In this document: one piece after another, positions 50,191 through 63,723 of the stretch
How positions within the stretch are numbered: the first letter of the stretch is position 1
How the letters are laid out: each line of letters begins with the position of its first letter
DNA from: Octopus bimaculoides
Lineage: Eukaryota
NCBI RefSeq assembly: GCF_001194135.2
Contig: NC_068981.1
Span: 39,417,598 to 39,481,320, forward strand
Direction: 5' to 3'
Length of the DNA: 63,723 nt
Position numbers and translations under genes: made by a program
The notes under the pieces: generated by a model
What the model saw: only the letters and a program-made list of their open reading frames with translations
What the model was told of the DNA's origin: nothing
Databases searched by the model: none

Positions 50191-51956
50191 CTGAAAAGCT
50201 CTCAGTGGAATTAAAAAGTTTCTCTTCTGCTTTATTTTTTTTAGATATTTTCAACATGATTTGCTAAACATTAACAAAAACTATGAAAAATCATTCAGTT
50301 ATAAAAAGGTTAGTCATGTTTTAATGAAAATTAGAATATTTAAATTTCATAAATAATGCATTCATATATAGTAACATCAACTAATTTGTATAAATTTCAC
50401 TAATGTTATATGTTCGTTGCTAAAAAATATGGGTTAATTTAGAGGGTTACCTGTTCATACAAATATGTTTAGGGCAATATCATTGTCATTATTTCCACTG
50501 CCAATACCACTGCATAGCACATCCGGTTACCACAAGCCATAACTTTTTACCTACCAGTCTGGCCATCTTTCTGTCCATTGATCTGCCTGTCTTTCTATCT
50601 GTGTCTCTCATTATAAAGCGCTATTAAGGTGGTGAGCTCACAGAACCGTTAGCCAGGAAAAATGTTTAGTGGCATATTGCTTGTCTTCATATTCTGAGTT
50701 CAATTTCTGCCGAGGTTGACTTTAACTTTCATCCTATCAGGGTCGATAAAATAAGTACCAGTTGAGCACTTGGATCGATATAATTGACTTACCCCTTCCC
50801 CTGGAATTGCTGGTTTTCTGTCAAAATTTGAGATCATTATAAAGAGCTACTGCTTGTTACACCTTATCACTAATGTGCTAAATTATATAGAGTATCAAAA
50901 CAAAAGCAAAATTATTAATAAGAAATTTGATTAAGGTAAATCATTAAGAAGACAATAGATGTGAGGTATTGCTGATACACTACATGATCATGAAATCAAA
51001 CTATATTATTACAGTAATATGTCACTGCATACTTTAGTTTGACCGCAATAACAAATAGTTAAATAAACATAAACTCGATGTGGCATGCACAATAATTTTA
51101 ATTAATCAAAATTATACTTGTATCAAGGTGAGGTAAATACTGTTGAATAATTCTGAATTCAGCCAAACAAAAGCAAGGATGAAAATTCAAAACAATAAAA
51201 CTTTTGCTTAAAATGAGATGATGTAACCAGACATAGGACTACATACTTCTCTGTGCCAATCATTGTGTGTGTGTGTGCATGTGCCAGTGCACATGTGTTT
51301 TAGATTAAACTGTGATCTGAGTGAGTTCTGATTGCAATTTGCAATTTTCATCAGATGCAATGACTGCACAAAAGCTCTTTCACTGGCTCATGTAGTCAGT
51401 GATAGTAAGGAAATAAACTCATAAATATCAGACCACCCTATATGATCATAGGGCTAACTTGAAATAAATAGCAATAACAGCCACTCCACCTAAAAAATAC
51501 ATGAGAAAACTGATATAAAACAGCAAATGCAGGAAAAGCAATAAACAAACATAAAATGAAAATATAAATTATTTTCAAGAAAGAAAAGTAAAAATCACAG
51601 ATATTTTTTTCCCTTCATTCTTTATTACTTCATCACATGAAATGATTTGAAGCTAGAAAATCTGATAGGAATTATTTTTCGCATAAATTGAATTATTATT
51701 TATATTGATTGAAATCAAATTATTTATACAAATTGAAAATATGTAAACTTAACTACATCACTGGAAAGCAAAATTCCTTATATAATCAACAAAGAACAAT
51801 GAAGGCTTTCAGTGCAGGTATGGCTGTGTGATTAAGAAGCATATTTAATAATTACATGGTTCCAAATTTGATCCAAATCTGCAGTATCTTAAGCAAGTGT
51901 TTTCTATTCTGAGAGGAATTTGGTAAATGGAAATTGTGCCCAGTGTATATGAGGAT

Positions 51957-52180
51957 ATCATCATCATCATCATCATCATCGTTTAACGTCCGTTTTCCAT
52001 GCTAGCATGGGTTGGACGATTTGACTGAGGACTGGTGAAACCGGATGGCAACACCAGGCTCCAGTCTAATTTGGCAGAGTTTCTACAGCTGGATGCCCTT
52101 CCTAACGCCAACCACTCAGAGAGTGTAGTGGGTGCTTTTACGTGTCACCCGCACGAAAACAGCCACACTCGAAATGGTGA
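51957..52180 (-). mobile_element. Young RTE 3' end, about 98% identical to 2513-2740
   Basis: I count 4 substitutions over about 205 nt; CpGs are largely retained. Confidence 0.9.
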
Positions 52181-52204
52181 TATATATATGTATTTATGTA
52201 TGCA

Positions 52205-52545
52205 TATATATATATATATTTATTTGTTTCAGTCATTTGACTAGTACTTATCCTATTGGTCTCTTGCTGAACCACTAAGTTACAGGGATGTAAACACACC
52301 AACATCGGTTCTCAAGCAATAGTGAGGGGACAAATACAGACACACAAACATACATGTACATACACACACACATATATATATATGACGGGCTTCTTTCAGT
52401 TTCCATCTACCATATCCACCACAAGGTTTTGGTCGGCCCGAGACTATAGTAGAAGACACTTGCTCAAGGTACCATGCAGTGAGACTGAACCCGGAACCAT
52501 GTGGTTGGTAAGCAAGCTACTTACTACACAGCCACTCCTGCATCT
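52205..52545 (-). mobile_element. Full composite SINE: tRNA head - internal microsatellite - 3' segment
   Basis: Head 52545-52383, (CA/TA)n 52382-52350 and 3' segment 52350-52205 are all in the same orientation. Confidence 0.75.
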
Positions 52546-53159
52546 ATGTATGTTTGACTCTGTTTATGTATATATCTTTTACTGCTGTATGTCAGTGAAG
52601 TATGTGAATATCAGCAAAAATTATAAAAAAAGCAAGAAAGATAAAAGCTGGCGCTTTTCAAATAAAGTCCCCTGTGGTGGTTGTTCAGTACCGAGTTACA
52701 AACACTCCATCCTCAATACAATGAACCAATGATCAACTTCTTAGAAACCTATGATTCTCTTGTTCCCCGACAGTGATATAAAATAAATAATTAAGTATTC
52801 TATCTCCTAGCTTTGTAAACAGCACTCCTCAATTATAACTGTGCATAATAAAGTAATGCTGGAAATTTTTTTAAAAAATGAGTTCCCTGGCTAAATAAAG
52901 GTTGTCTATTTCTGCTGTACAATGGACCCATCAATACTGGTAATTCTACTATTAGAACTATTCCTTTATGACTCCCAAAAGTCTCCATTTGATCTTCTTA
53001 AACAATGACCTTAGTGTAGACACAGGTCTGGCAACCAAATCTATCTCCAGCACTAGATTAAAGATATAATATTATTATTGATTTCACATAAATCTTACTA
53101 TTACAACACTTTTATTTGCTGAAATTCTTGAACAGCAAGATTCATCCAGTATATACTTC

Positions 53160-53640
53160 TATAACAAAGGATATCTTGGAAACTGAGTTGATTATCTGAA
53201 AGAAACTGATATCTTTAACCCGAAGCTATCAACTACAGGCCAGATTTGGTTCCTTAACAATCTGATATAAAATGTCAGTTTAACTTTTTACACTTCCCAA
53301 ACCATAAAATAAGTACCAGTGCTACCATGGATGTTAGATGCTGAAAGTAAGAAAAAGACCATGATATTTGAAAGAGATATATCACAGAAAGATATTTCAC
53401 ATTCCATGTACAGAACATAAAATTAATGGAAATGTTAGAGAAATAGTTCTTGGGAAAACTGTGAGCCACAAAACTCTTATGTCAATAATAAAAATATAGA
53501 AAATTATATTGTTTGATCATGGAACACGTCATCATAACACTATTTAACAATTCTCTGGAAAAGACTAAGAAAATCATGTAGAGTATGGTTGAGTTTTTTT
53601 CAGGGAATGGACAAGGTGTAAGATTGGGAAAAATTTAAAC
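53160..53640 (+). mobile_element. Highly decayed LINE ORF2 C-terminus
   Basis: GYLG, HGC*, YHRKIFHIPCTEHKINGNVRE, LFDHGTRH and REWT occur in the expected order for YLG / YGCE / YRKILxISY / WFGHVxR / KEWT. Confidence 0.5.
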
Positions 53641-54985
53641 GAAACTGATGGAAGGAATTTGAGTCTCTTGATGTGTACTTATAACCTCCCTAGGTTAAGG
53701 ATTTTGACTCATTAGTATTCTAGTATAAGTGATTTATATTTTATTAGAATATTGATACAAGTGGTAGAGATTGAAACTTTATCTGCCTGGAGTTCTACTG
53801 GTCACTCACTCATCCTTTGAGGAATAACAGCCAAATTTTCTTCAAGTTACACTTTGTTATCTGAAAAGGGAAAAACATATTAGATAATATATTCCAAGGC
53901 ATACAGTGCCTAAAAAAATTACAGAAATGGTATTCCTGGAATGCCATCAACCTTAGAATTTGGGGGAGTAAATACCATCAATTGCACCAACTAGAAATAA
54001 AATTTATTATTACAACTGTCACATCAAAGGATAGATCACTAGATTTTCTAGTGATGTATTTATGGTAATAACTCTTCTGATGATTCTCTGAATAAAATTA
54101 GGTCTCTCAAGTTAAACAATCTTTTTTTTCCTCAGACAATAAAGAAATCCTATAAGAAGTGTTGGACATCACAAAGTGCTGCAAAGAAACTTGTTGAACT
54201 TTTATAGTTCTGCAGTTATGAGTTATCATATTGAAACAGTCTGGGAGAAATTCAAATGAACTATAAAATTGTTCAATAACAGGAGCTCTGAGTGATTTAT
54301 TGCAACATTTGTCTCTTAATAAATTCTTGTCCAGAGACTTGCAGCTGACACCACCAACAGAATGACAACCTACTGGCAAAAAATGTAATCAGTTTATATC
54401 TTTCTGACACAGCTGTATTTTATCAATGACCATGACACTTATATGTGAAAAAGAAAGTCCAACTAATACAAGAACTCTTCAAATTATTGTGTGGTTACTA
54501 GACTGTATAAATAAAATCTGTCTATGATAGCCTAATTTTTAATTAGTGGTTCTGCACTGAGTCTAAGATTTAGATCAGTGGCGAGGATCTTTTTTATGTT
54601 GGAAGACTGCATTGAATTGTTAAAATAGGATTTCAAAACATATTCCTACTATTAAACTTATTTTATAAGATATATTTATACATAAAACCATAAATTATTT
54701 TAATGTAGTGTTTCTGAATAAGCATTCTTATGAAAACTTTAAAAAAGTTTTCAAACATTTTAAAAACATTTCAAACATTTCTTTGGATTTGTTTTTTAAA
54801 CATGATTGTAATTTCTTTAACAAAGCAATCAAATGTAGGTAAAGAGATATAAATAGATGTTTTTAAAATTCCCAGTGAATTAAAAAGATAGTCTTTAAAT
54901 AAATTTGAATCAGCAAAAATATATTCCAGTATAATGTTGTCCTTCTTTCAGAGGGTCATAAGTATTCCATCTCTATGATCTAAAC

Positions 54986-55259
54986 CAGGGGTTCTCAACC
55001 AAGGTCTGTATGACCACTAGGGGTCCATATGGCCCTTAGAGATCCATATAAGGATTTGTTGTTAAAACTTTATGTGCAATAAATTGCTTATACTTCTACA
55101 ATAGACAATATCATTTAAAAAAGTTTTTATACAATTCCTAATAATATTTAATTTTGAAAATATAATAAGATTGTTTTAAACATTGAATGGCAATGAATGT
55201 TCATCTTAATAAAACAGGAATCAAAGGAGTCCATAGGCAAAAATAGTTGAGAATCACTG
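54986..55259. mobile_element. hAT (Charlie/MER5-like) MITE, 274 bp
   Basis: TIRs CAGGGGTTCTCAAC / GTTGAGAATCACTG; 8-bp TSD atctaaac vs ctctagac (6/8), matching the NTCTAGAN preference. Confidence 0.85.
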
Positions 55260-56491
55260 CTCTAGACACTCTATCTCTTCTGTGTATATCTTCCTTGGTA
55301 TATATGGTACTACAAGCAAATTCTAGCCTATGATTTGTTGTTATTGTTTTTACGGTTCAAATCAGCTCTAGTTGAACAAACCTATGACCATGAGTAATCC
55401 AATTTTGACTACCATGTCATTTTATATATCTATGACCACCATATCTATCATTTTAAGATATCAGGCAGTGATTTAAGGGATATTTGGCTGCTAGTTTTTT
55501 AGGTCAAGTGACGTCATAGAGTTTATCTCATTGGTTCTGTAAGTTAGCTGATTAAGAACAATCAGTAGAGTTGATGAATATTCCATAAACTTGCAATATT
55601 GAATTCAATGTTAGCCGATGCTATAGTTTGGAAAAGCACTTATGTGAAGCTAATTCAAATAATTACCCATTAATAGATACATATGACATAGTAAATTTAA
55701 TGACTTAACTAGTTATCATAACTGATTGAGGGAAATAATATTGATTGATAGACAGTTTGATTGATCAATGCTCATATCAATACCCTTGGATATTTCCATA
55801 CTTTATTTCTCCCACAGACATTTGCAATTAAGTTTATCGTTGCTATTCTTGTTTACTTCCAGGTCATCTTGATTAAGCAGTCTTATAACCAGTGTTCCCA
55901 CCATGACCATCCTATTTATTTGCAGATAATGTTGCTAGACTATATTATCTATTGTGTCCTTCCTTTTTCAAGATTAGGTGAGGTTGCAATTTCTAGGAAG
56001 TCACATGAAGCTCCTTTATTGGCTCATTTAGAAAAATGTTGATCTTACTGGTTCAGTAAGAATTAATATTAAAGAACAACAGAAAATAGATATCAGTTGA
56101 ATTGTTAATGTAGTGGATTGAACAAGTAACTCAGTCATCGACATCATCATCATCTCACAATAATAAATCTGCTCCATCTATCAAATCAATCCCAACAGTA
56201 ATAGTACAACCAAAAGCATCCAATACTCTTTATAAGTGGCTGATAATTGATTTGAGCAGCAACAACACATGGCTTTTTCAATTTTACCAATGGTAAAGTA
56301 ACCTCTACAGTGATGGTGCAGCAAAAAAAAAAAAAATGCACCCAGTACACTCTGTAAAGTGGTTGGTGCTAAGAAGGGTACCAAACTATAGAAATCATAC
56401 CAACAATGATGCATTCGAGCAAGACGTAGCTCTTCAATTGATTGGATCTTGTCAAATCCCCAAACTATACCAGCATGGACAACAGATATAA

Positions 56492-56545
<54 letters not shown>

Positions 56546-57075
56546 ATACATAATGGGCTTTCATACAGTTTCTGTTTCTTGAATTACGTTCACAAGGGGA
56601 CTGAACCTGAAACCAAATTGTTGTGAAGCAAGCTAGCACACAGCCAAGCCTATGCTTGATCATTGGTTGAAAATATTTTAAAGTCAATTGATAATGGATT
56701 GTAATCTTAAAATGCTACTTCTGTTTCTACATCAGTTCAAAAATGAAAAAAATTGCTCCTTTCCAGACATATGCTTCAAAATATTTTGATACATATTTTT
56801 AAGTCTGCAGAAACCTAACTCAAAATTAGCCTGGACGTTTGGCGGTGTTATAAGAATTTGTGTAACAATCCAAGCTCACAGAAATGATGGCTACTCCGAT
56901 ACTACTGCCTGTGATGATGATGATGATGATGATGATNNNNNNNNNNTAGTACAGTTGAACACACACATACTTAGTCATACATACCTGTACATATGTCTGT
57001 ATGTACATAAAGAAAATAAATTAACAAAGATATTTTGTTATCTCAGATCAGCTTTGTTTCAAATCAAGAACATAC

Positions 57076-57125
57076 ATCTATAAAGAAAACAGTTTTCTTA
57101 TCTTGTTCCATTTCTAGACTCATAT
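57076..57125 (-). other. Candidate exon B (DMSLEMEQDKKTVFFID)
   Basis: Acceptor ccttgtttacttcag, donor |gtatgt, phase 1>0. Confidence 0.25.
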
Positions 57126-57859
57126 CTGAAGTAAACAAGGCTAAAATAATATTGTCAAAACCTCTTAACAAATAACAAAATATAATATAAAAATACACTT
57201 CTCTAAATTGACAAATTGGAAGGGGTTCTTTTTTTTATGAAATATATAAATCAACAAAAATAATAATCTATCTACAAGAATAATTCTAGAATATGAGTCT
57301 ATATACCTGATAGCCTGGAGTAGACATTTGTATACATAGATCTGTGAATTATATGAAAACTATATGGAAAAAAAGCTGCAACCACAAAAACTCCAGTTAA
57401 TAACAAATATACATTTGCATGTATGTATGTATGTTTGTATGTATGTATGTATGTATGCATGTGGTATGATAGAAAGATACAAAATCTATAAAGTTGTTCT
57501 GAATCAATAAATAAATCAAGTAAAATCTTTTTGTCATTACCTTTCAACCTCTTGCTCTCTTTATCATCTTTTCCTGCCTGCCTGTCTTTTTTATGTATCT
57601 GTCTATTTGCCAGTCAGTCTGTCTATCTGTCTATTTCTTTCTTTCTCTCTCATTTTCTTACTTCTCCCCTCCACCTCCAATATTTCTCTCTTACCATTGC
57701 ACTTTCTCCACATGAAGCACAAAATAAAAATAAATGTATATCAGAACACAATTTCCTTTAGAGACGATCTCACTTTTGAATATTTGTGATTCAGTTGTCT
57801 CCAGCAGTTAAATTGTTCATTGAATTATTCAAATTGAAATTGTATGAAAGACTCCTCAC

Positions 57860-57918
57860 CATCACCTCCCTGATCTACCAAATATTTTCCTGCATTTTTT
57901 GGATATAAACCTTCATGT
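57860..57918 (-). other. Candidate exon A (HEGLYPKNAGKYLVDQGGD)
   Basis: Acceptor tttccccactaatatag, donor G|gtgagg, open frame, phase 2>1. No homology recognised. Confidence 0.2.
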
Positions 57919-58377
57919 CTATATTAGTGGGGAAATGTCTAATATTCTAAAGAAATTTTTAAAAGATAAAAGCCATATGAAAACTTACATTTTATAAAAA
58001 TGAAAAAGTAGTCAGGATTTCTATAGGTTATAAGATGATAATAAAACATCCAGCACAGAGTGTGTAATGTCTAAGTGATGAGAATATGTATATGGAAATA
58101 TGCACAGTATACAATGACCCTTAGGCTGTTGCCATTTATTGTCAGACCAGTCCTGATTGAGTATCTTCAACTTGTTTCAGTCATTAGACTGCGACCAATC
58201 TGGAGCACCATCTTGAAGAATTTTTAGTCAAATGAATCAACCCCAGTACTTTTTTTTTTCAAACCTGGTACTTGCTCAATCGATCTCTTTTGCTGAACCA
58301 CTAAGTTATGGGAATGTAAACACACCAGCACCGGTTGTCAAGTGACACTGAGGGACAAACACAAAGACACACACACA

Positions 58378-58410
<33 letters not shown>

Positions 58411-59540
58411 TTGCTGGAATGGCTGAGTGGTAAGAACTTGCTTCCCAATCACATGGTTTCAGGTTCAGTCCCACTCCATGGTACCTTGGGCGAATACCTT
58501 CTACTATGGCCACAAATCAACCAAAGCCATGAGTGGATTTGGTAGATGGAAACTGAAAGAAGCCCATCAAATATATATGTATACATGCAAGTAAAAGAGC
58601 AGAAATCACAACCATGATTTATCTGTTCATTCTTAATATGTTCTTACATATTAGTATTATCTTACATGAAGATAATAGTAATTACAGCTGTACTTCATCT
58701 TCAGAGAACACTAGCAATTAGTACATTCACATTTGGGTTTGTTTCAATTGTATACATTAAGTTTTTGCTAACACATACACACACACACACAAAGACATAT
58801 ACACACATACACACAACACTACTGCAACACAGTACATTCAACAGCAGTGTATAGGGAAACAACAGATGAAAATATTAAAATTCCATGAAAAACAATTAAG
58901 AAGTGTATCTATAAAGGCTGTGCTAATAGGAAAATATAGGCCAAAAATCAACACTGATATGTCACATGCAATAGTAAGTATGAAAACTACAAGGACTTGA
59001 CAGCTGGATAATTTTTAAGTACATTATTGAAAAAGGTAAAGTAATATCAGTATTATCAATGTCCTCTGTGACTCAAAGTAGTGTGCGTAAACATGATATT
59101 CAACCATCATTTCATTCTGAGCTTAGAAACATTAATAGTTTAATGGATTTAAGAATGCAAATATTTCAAACTGAATGTAACGGATCAATAAGTAAATATG
59201 ATAATTCATACACAACCACAGTCATGTTTATAATAAAACATCTATACACACACATACACATACACACACACATACATACACACATGCACAGGTAGATTAA
59301 CAGAGACAGAAAGGCAGAAAGATAGATAATTAGATAGAGATAGGAAGATCAAAATGTAGAAAGATATATATTTATATATCCAGAGAGATGCAGCTGCTAA
59401 ATATACATTGGTAAATTATATATGCATATATATATATATATACATAAACATACATATACTTATATATACATGTATATGCAAATGCAAATATACATATTCA
59501 CATACATACATACAGACATACACACACACACTCACACACA

Positions 59541-59580
<40 letters not shown>

Positions 59581-61809
59581 CAGTTATTATAAAAGATATC
59601 TAAATGAATGACTCATATTACAGAACTAATTAGAATAAATATTTGTAGTAAATTAATTTACATAATTTGATAACCAAATTGGAGATAATTCTCATCCAAA
59701 TTACAGCATCATTAGTACATTATTTGAAAATCAGACAAATGATGAATTAGTTAACTCATTCTATCTTGCTAAAATCATAACTTCTTTGCAGTTGAGTTCA
59801 CATCATTATTAAGGATATCGAGTAATCAAATGATATACAAAAATATCTGCATTTTGAAAATGTGGACATATATTAATTATGCTTAACACTTCATAGCATG
59901 TAACATATTTCATATTGTTGTGTAAGCAAATCAAGACTTGCTGTGAAGTTAATGAAGTACATGATCAGTGACTGCAATATCATAATTGTAATTATCATTA
60001 TAATCGTGTTAAGCCTGAATACAGTTGATTCATGTGTTATGTGGTTGAAGTGTATTCACATTACATTCTTTTACATACAGCATGCTTTATTAATTTAACA
60101 AGGTGTTATTCTCTGATTGCAATATTTTGATTGAATATTAGGACTTTGGCTTGCTAACAATATTTCGTCACCAGTATTGCAGAAAAATATTTTACACTGA
60201 ATGGCATTGTCTATATTATTGCATATACTATCATGTGGTTTTTATGCTTTCTGAATGTATGTGGTAAACACATCGTATAACTGATGATTGGTTTAGTTGC
60301 TTGCAGTTCAGAATGAAGCATTCTTACAAACCTTTGTTAGACTGGAGTTTGGAACCTCAGGAATTACCCTGAATAATAACGGGTGCAAGCATGGTTATAG
60401 GGGTTTTAGGTTCAGTTCCATTGCATGGTACCTTGAGCTAGTAACTTCTACTACAGCTCCAGGTAAACCAAAGCCTTGTGAGGAGATATGATTGATGGAA
60501 ACTGAAAGAGGCCTGTCATTTATGCATATATGTGAGTGTGTATATATGGCTGTGAACAGATGTGTCTGTTTGCATGTGTGTGCGTGTATGTATTTGTGTA
60601 TCACTGACTTGACATCATGTGACAGTTGTAATCAAATATTACTAAAATATAAGCAGTGTCCTTTGTTTCCAATTTTCCATGAAAACATGTCCTGCCTTGG
60701 AGAAGCATTACCTTGCTGGGAAACAACTGAGGGTTGGTGTCCAGCTGAGGAAGAGCATCCAGCTGAAGAAAATTCAATCAATTTTGTCATAACCTATGCA
60801 AGGATGAAAATGAACATTAAAAATAATGATACTTGGTCTGCTACAGAGAAGCAGAAAATCCACCTATTTAAAGACCCACCTATGAATTTTTGTTAACTAC
60901 ACTGTAAAGGCATCTTTATTCAACTAGTAATGTAGGATGTGTCTCTATCCGTTAATGACTTTTTCAACTGATCATTAAGTAAACTACCTCAATGTATGCA
61001 AATAATGTCTCAAAATGAATAACACTTAAATAGCTAAGCAAAGATGGCAATGATGAAAACATTTTCTTCCGTTTTATGAAAAAAAAAGGTATTATTACAG
61101 AATGGTTAAAAGATAAAATTTTAACCTACTTTTAAAATACTGTGTTTGAAAAAGAAATTCTAATTGAAGCACATGTTGAACTGCATATTGTATAATGCAA
61201 GATTAGCAATATGGGCAGATGGGTGTGGTGATTAAGTTACAAAAAAAAAAAAAGAATGATATTGAATTTAGTTTGTTAATCATAGTGGCAATCTCTAGGA
61301 TTTATCTTTTTCCAATGGAACATAATTTAACTGCCATTAAACATTGAATATATGCTCTCTACTTAGGTATTGCTCTCATTCCTTTTCCATTTGCATTTTA
61401 TAATCAAATATATTTTGTTTTTGTATTCTTTCCTTTTTTTTTTGTTGCTGTAAAAAGAGCAATTTAGATGAATTTTATATAGTGTTCCTTGATATTTAGA
61501 TTTTAATTTTATAGTCAATCTCAAGTAGAAAAATATAATCAAAGGATAAACTTAAAAGCACTAGTTTTACCATAAATTAGATTGCAAGATTAAATTTTCA
61601 TATAAGTTTTCTCAGTGTAATATATGTATGTATGCATACACGCATGTATGTCAGCATGTATATATATATGTGTGTAAACATGATGTAAATGTGTATGTGC
61701 ATGTGTTTGTGCATACGTACATGTGCATGTATGTATATGCATGTGTGTATTATATAAATACAAGGTGTATTAGTTGTTATCTATTTTCAAAGCAAAAGGT
61801 TTCTCTTTT

Positions 61810-62170
61810 TGCGTATGAAGCTTGTGAGGCTGTTCATGCTAGTGAGATATGAATAACAAATGCTGAAAACCTGCAAAAGCTGTAAGACTTGAATGAAGTC
61901 TGTTCATAAACCATGTGAAATTTCCTGTAAAAACAGCAGAAATTAAGAGAGAGAGTAAGCAATGAAAATGTCAACTGATCTATGCAAGGGACACAACTGT
62001 ACTTAAATGCGTGCAATGCAAATAGAGAATGAGTGCTGGGTGAGTAACTGTTATACACTGTAAAAGGAAGCTACCCTTACCATAGAGGGATTGACGAAAA
62101 CAATGGAAGAAGCAGTGTAGTCAGATTTCTGTATACTGCATTGAATGGTGCTATATTGTAGGGCACTTAA
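61810..62170 (+). mobile_element. Decayed RTE LINE ORF2 C-terminus
   Basis: VHASEI*ITNAENLQKL*DLNE..., KLRE and LTIEG resemble LHGSETWAVTAEDxQRLERNE...KLRE...LxVEG. Confidence 0.5.
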
Positions 62171-63020
62171 CCAGTTCATTCCACCAGGTAAGCAATAGAC
62201 ATGAAAACATACAAATGCACACACACACATATATATATATGTATATATGCATATGCACATGCTGCTGTGTGGTTAGAAATTTGCTTCCCAGTCACATGGT
62301 TCTGGGTTCAGTCCCAATGCATGATACCTCAGACAAATGTCTTCTATTATTCCCCCCAGAGTGACCACAGCGTTTTGAGTGGATTTGGTTAACAGAAACT
62401 GAAAGAAGCCCATCGTCTACATACATGTGTGTGTGTGTGTGTGNNNNNNNNNNTGATCTGGTCTGGCAAGGTTTCTACAGCTGGATGCCCTTCCTAATGC
62501 CAACCATTCCAAGAGTAGTGGGTTGTATTTCATGTGCCAGTCAGGTGGGACTGGCATCAACCACACTCAAATGGTGTTTCATAAGTGCCACCGGCACAGG
62601 TGCCAGTCAGGCGGGCATCAGCCATGACAATGATTTCACCTAGCTCAACATGTCTTCTCAAGCTCAGTTTATTGCCCAATGATTGAAGAATATTCTTAAA
62701 TGGGCCAGTTATGCAACACTGGCAAAGGCCAAGGTTACAGACTCATATATATATATATATATAAGGAGAGAGAGAGAGAGAGAGAGAGAGAGGTAGATAG
62801 ATTGTCAGATAGTTAGATAGATAGAATCTTTTTCACAAGATTCATCCATATTAAGTGATCAGCACTTCCTTATACTGCTTTCTCCATCTATACACTTCAC
62901 ATATCAATACAAGTGTTACTCTTGAGTGTCCATAGTTTGCTACTTGTTGAAGCATTACTACATAATTATAATTATGTATACACACACACACACATCTATC
63001 TATTTATCCATCTATCTATC

Positions 63021-63089
<69 letters not shown>

Positions 63090-63350
63090 GTCTATCTATC
63101 TATCTATCTATCTATCTATATATCTGTAGATAGATAGATAGATAGATAGAAAGACAAATACATACATAGACAGACAAATAGATAGATATAAGTATCTTTT
63201 TTCCTTGTTTCTGATATTAGACTGTGGTGATGCTGGGGTACCGCTCTGAAGAATTTTTAGTTGAATAGGTTGATCACCATACTTATTTCTTTTTTTCAAA
63301 GCCTGATACTTATTTTGTCATTCTCTTATTTCAAAGTGCTAAGTTATATA

Positions 63351-63665
63351 TCTATATATCTATATATATAAAAATGAGAATGTGTGTCTGTCTGTCTGTC
63401 TGTGTAAATCCCTAAAACTCGAGAACTACGCAACCAATTTCATTCAAATTTTACACATGCCTTACTTAGGGTTCCAGTTGTGTTTTAGTCAAAAAAAATG
63501 ATTAACTTCTTGCAGAGTTCGAGCACACGGCAACATAATATCTCCTCCACTATTTAAGTATTACGTGTCAAAAGTGAAACAAAAACACTCATGTCAAATA
63601 CTTTCACTTTAAAAATGAAACTATTCCACTAACTGAAACAATCACATTTCGATACTGTAGTGACA
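63351..63665 (+). mobile_element. Helitron-type 5' end (non-autonomous)
   Basis: TCTATATATATAAAAATGAGAATGTGTGTCTGTCTGTCTG...AACTACGCAACCAATTTCATTCAAATTTTACAC: TC start, (TGTC)n and a CC.ATTT...AAATTT motif typical of Helitron/HINE 5' termini. Confidence 0.7.
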
Positions 63666-63723
63666 GATACTTTCACAGAGAGAGAAAGAGAGAAAGAGAG
63701 AGACAGAGAGATGTATATGTATA

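Overview
Eukaryotic, very AT-rich, repeat-dominated draft-assembly sequence with ten N-gaps. It is most likely a coleoid cephalopod (Octopus-like); this is inferred from the tRNA-derived/Meta-domain SINE families, RTE LINE 3' ends with (GAT)n tails and extreme (TA)n/(CA)n density. I cannot recognise any intact host protein-coding gene, rRNA, true tRNA or CRISPR array. Nearly all ORFs in the supplied track are artefacts of microsatellites or N-gaps. Supportable content: a young 5'-truncated RTE LINE with an intact PHD-finger-containing ORF2 segment (2.5-3.7 kb) and several decayed LINE fragments; many SINEs, one full-length with a 12-bp TSD; a 5-kb cluster of Tc1/mariner elements (14-19 kb) with a full-length Tc1, fold-back derivatives and a nested solo LTR; hAT (GTF2IRD2/SPIN-like) and Helitron remnants; several MITEs; a CpG-retaining promoter-like region (19.2-21.4 kb); a probable LRR pseudogene remnant; and an 18-bp AP-1-site minisatellite. 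The most notable signals are hammerhead-ribozyme-like folds in Penelope-like repeats. One is an inverted pair with a non-canonical G3:C8-swapped core (43.4-43.55 kb); the other has a canonical CUGACGA...GAAA core (7.1 kb). A chain of small, phase-compatible minus-strand candidate exons (57.9 to 37.2 kb) may belong to an unrecognised host gene, but this is speculative. All coordinates were read by eye and may be off by a few bases.
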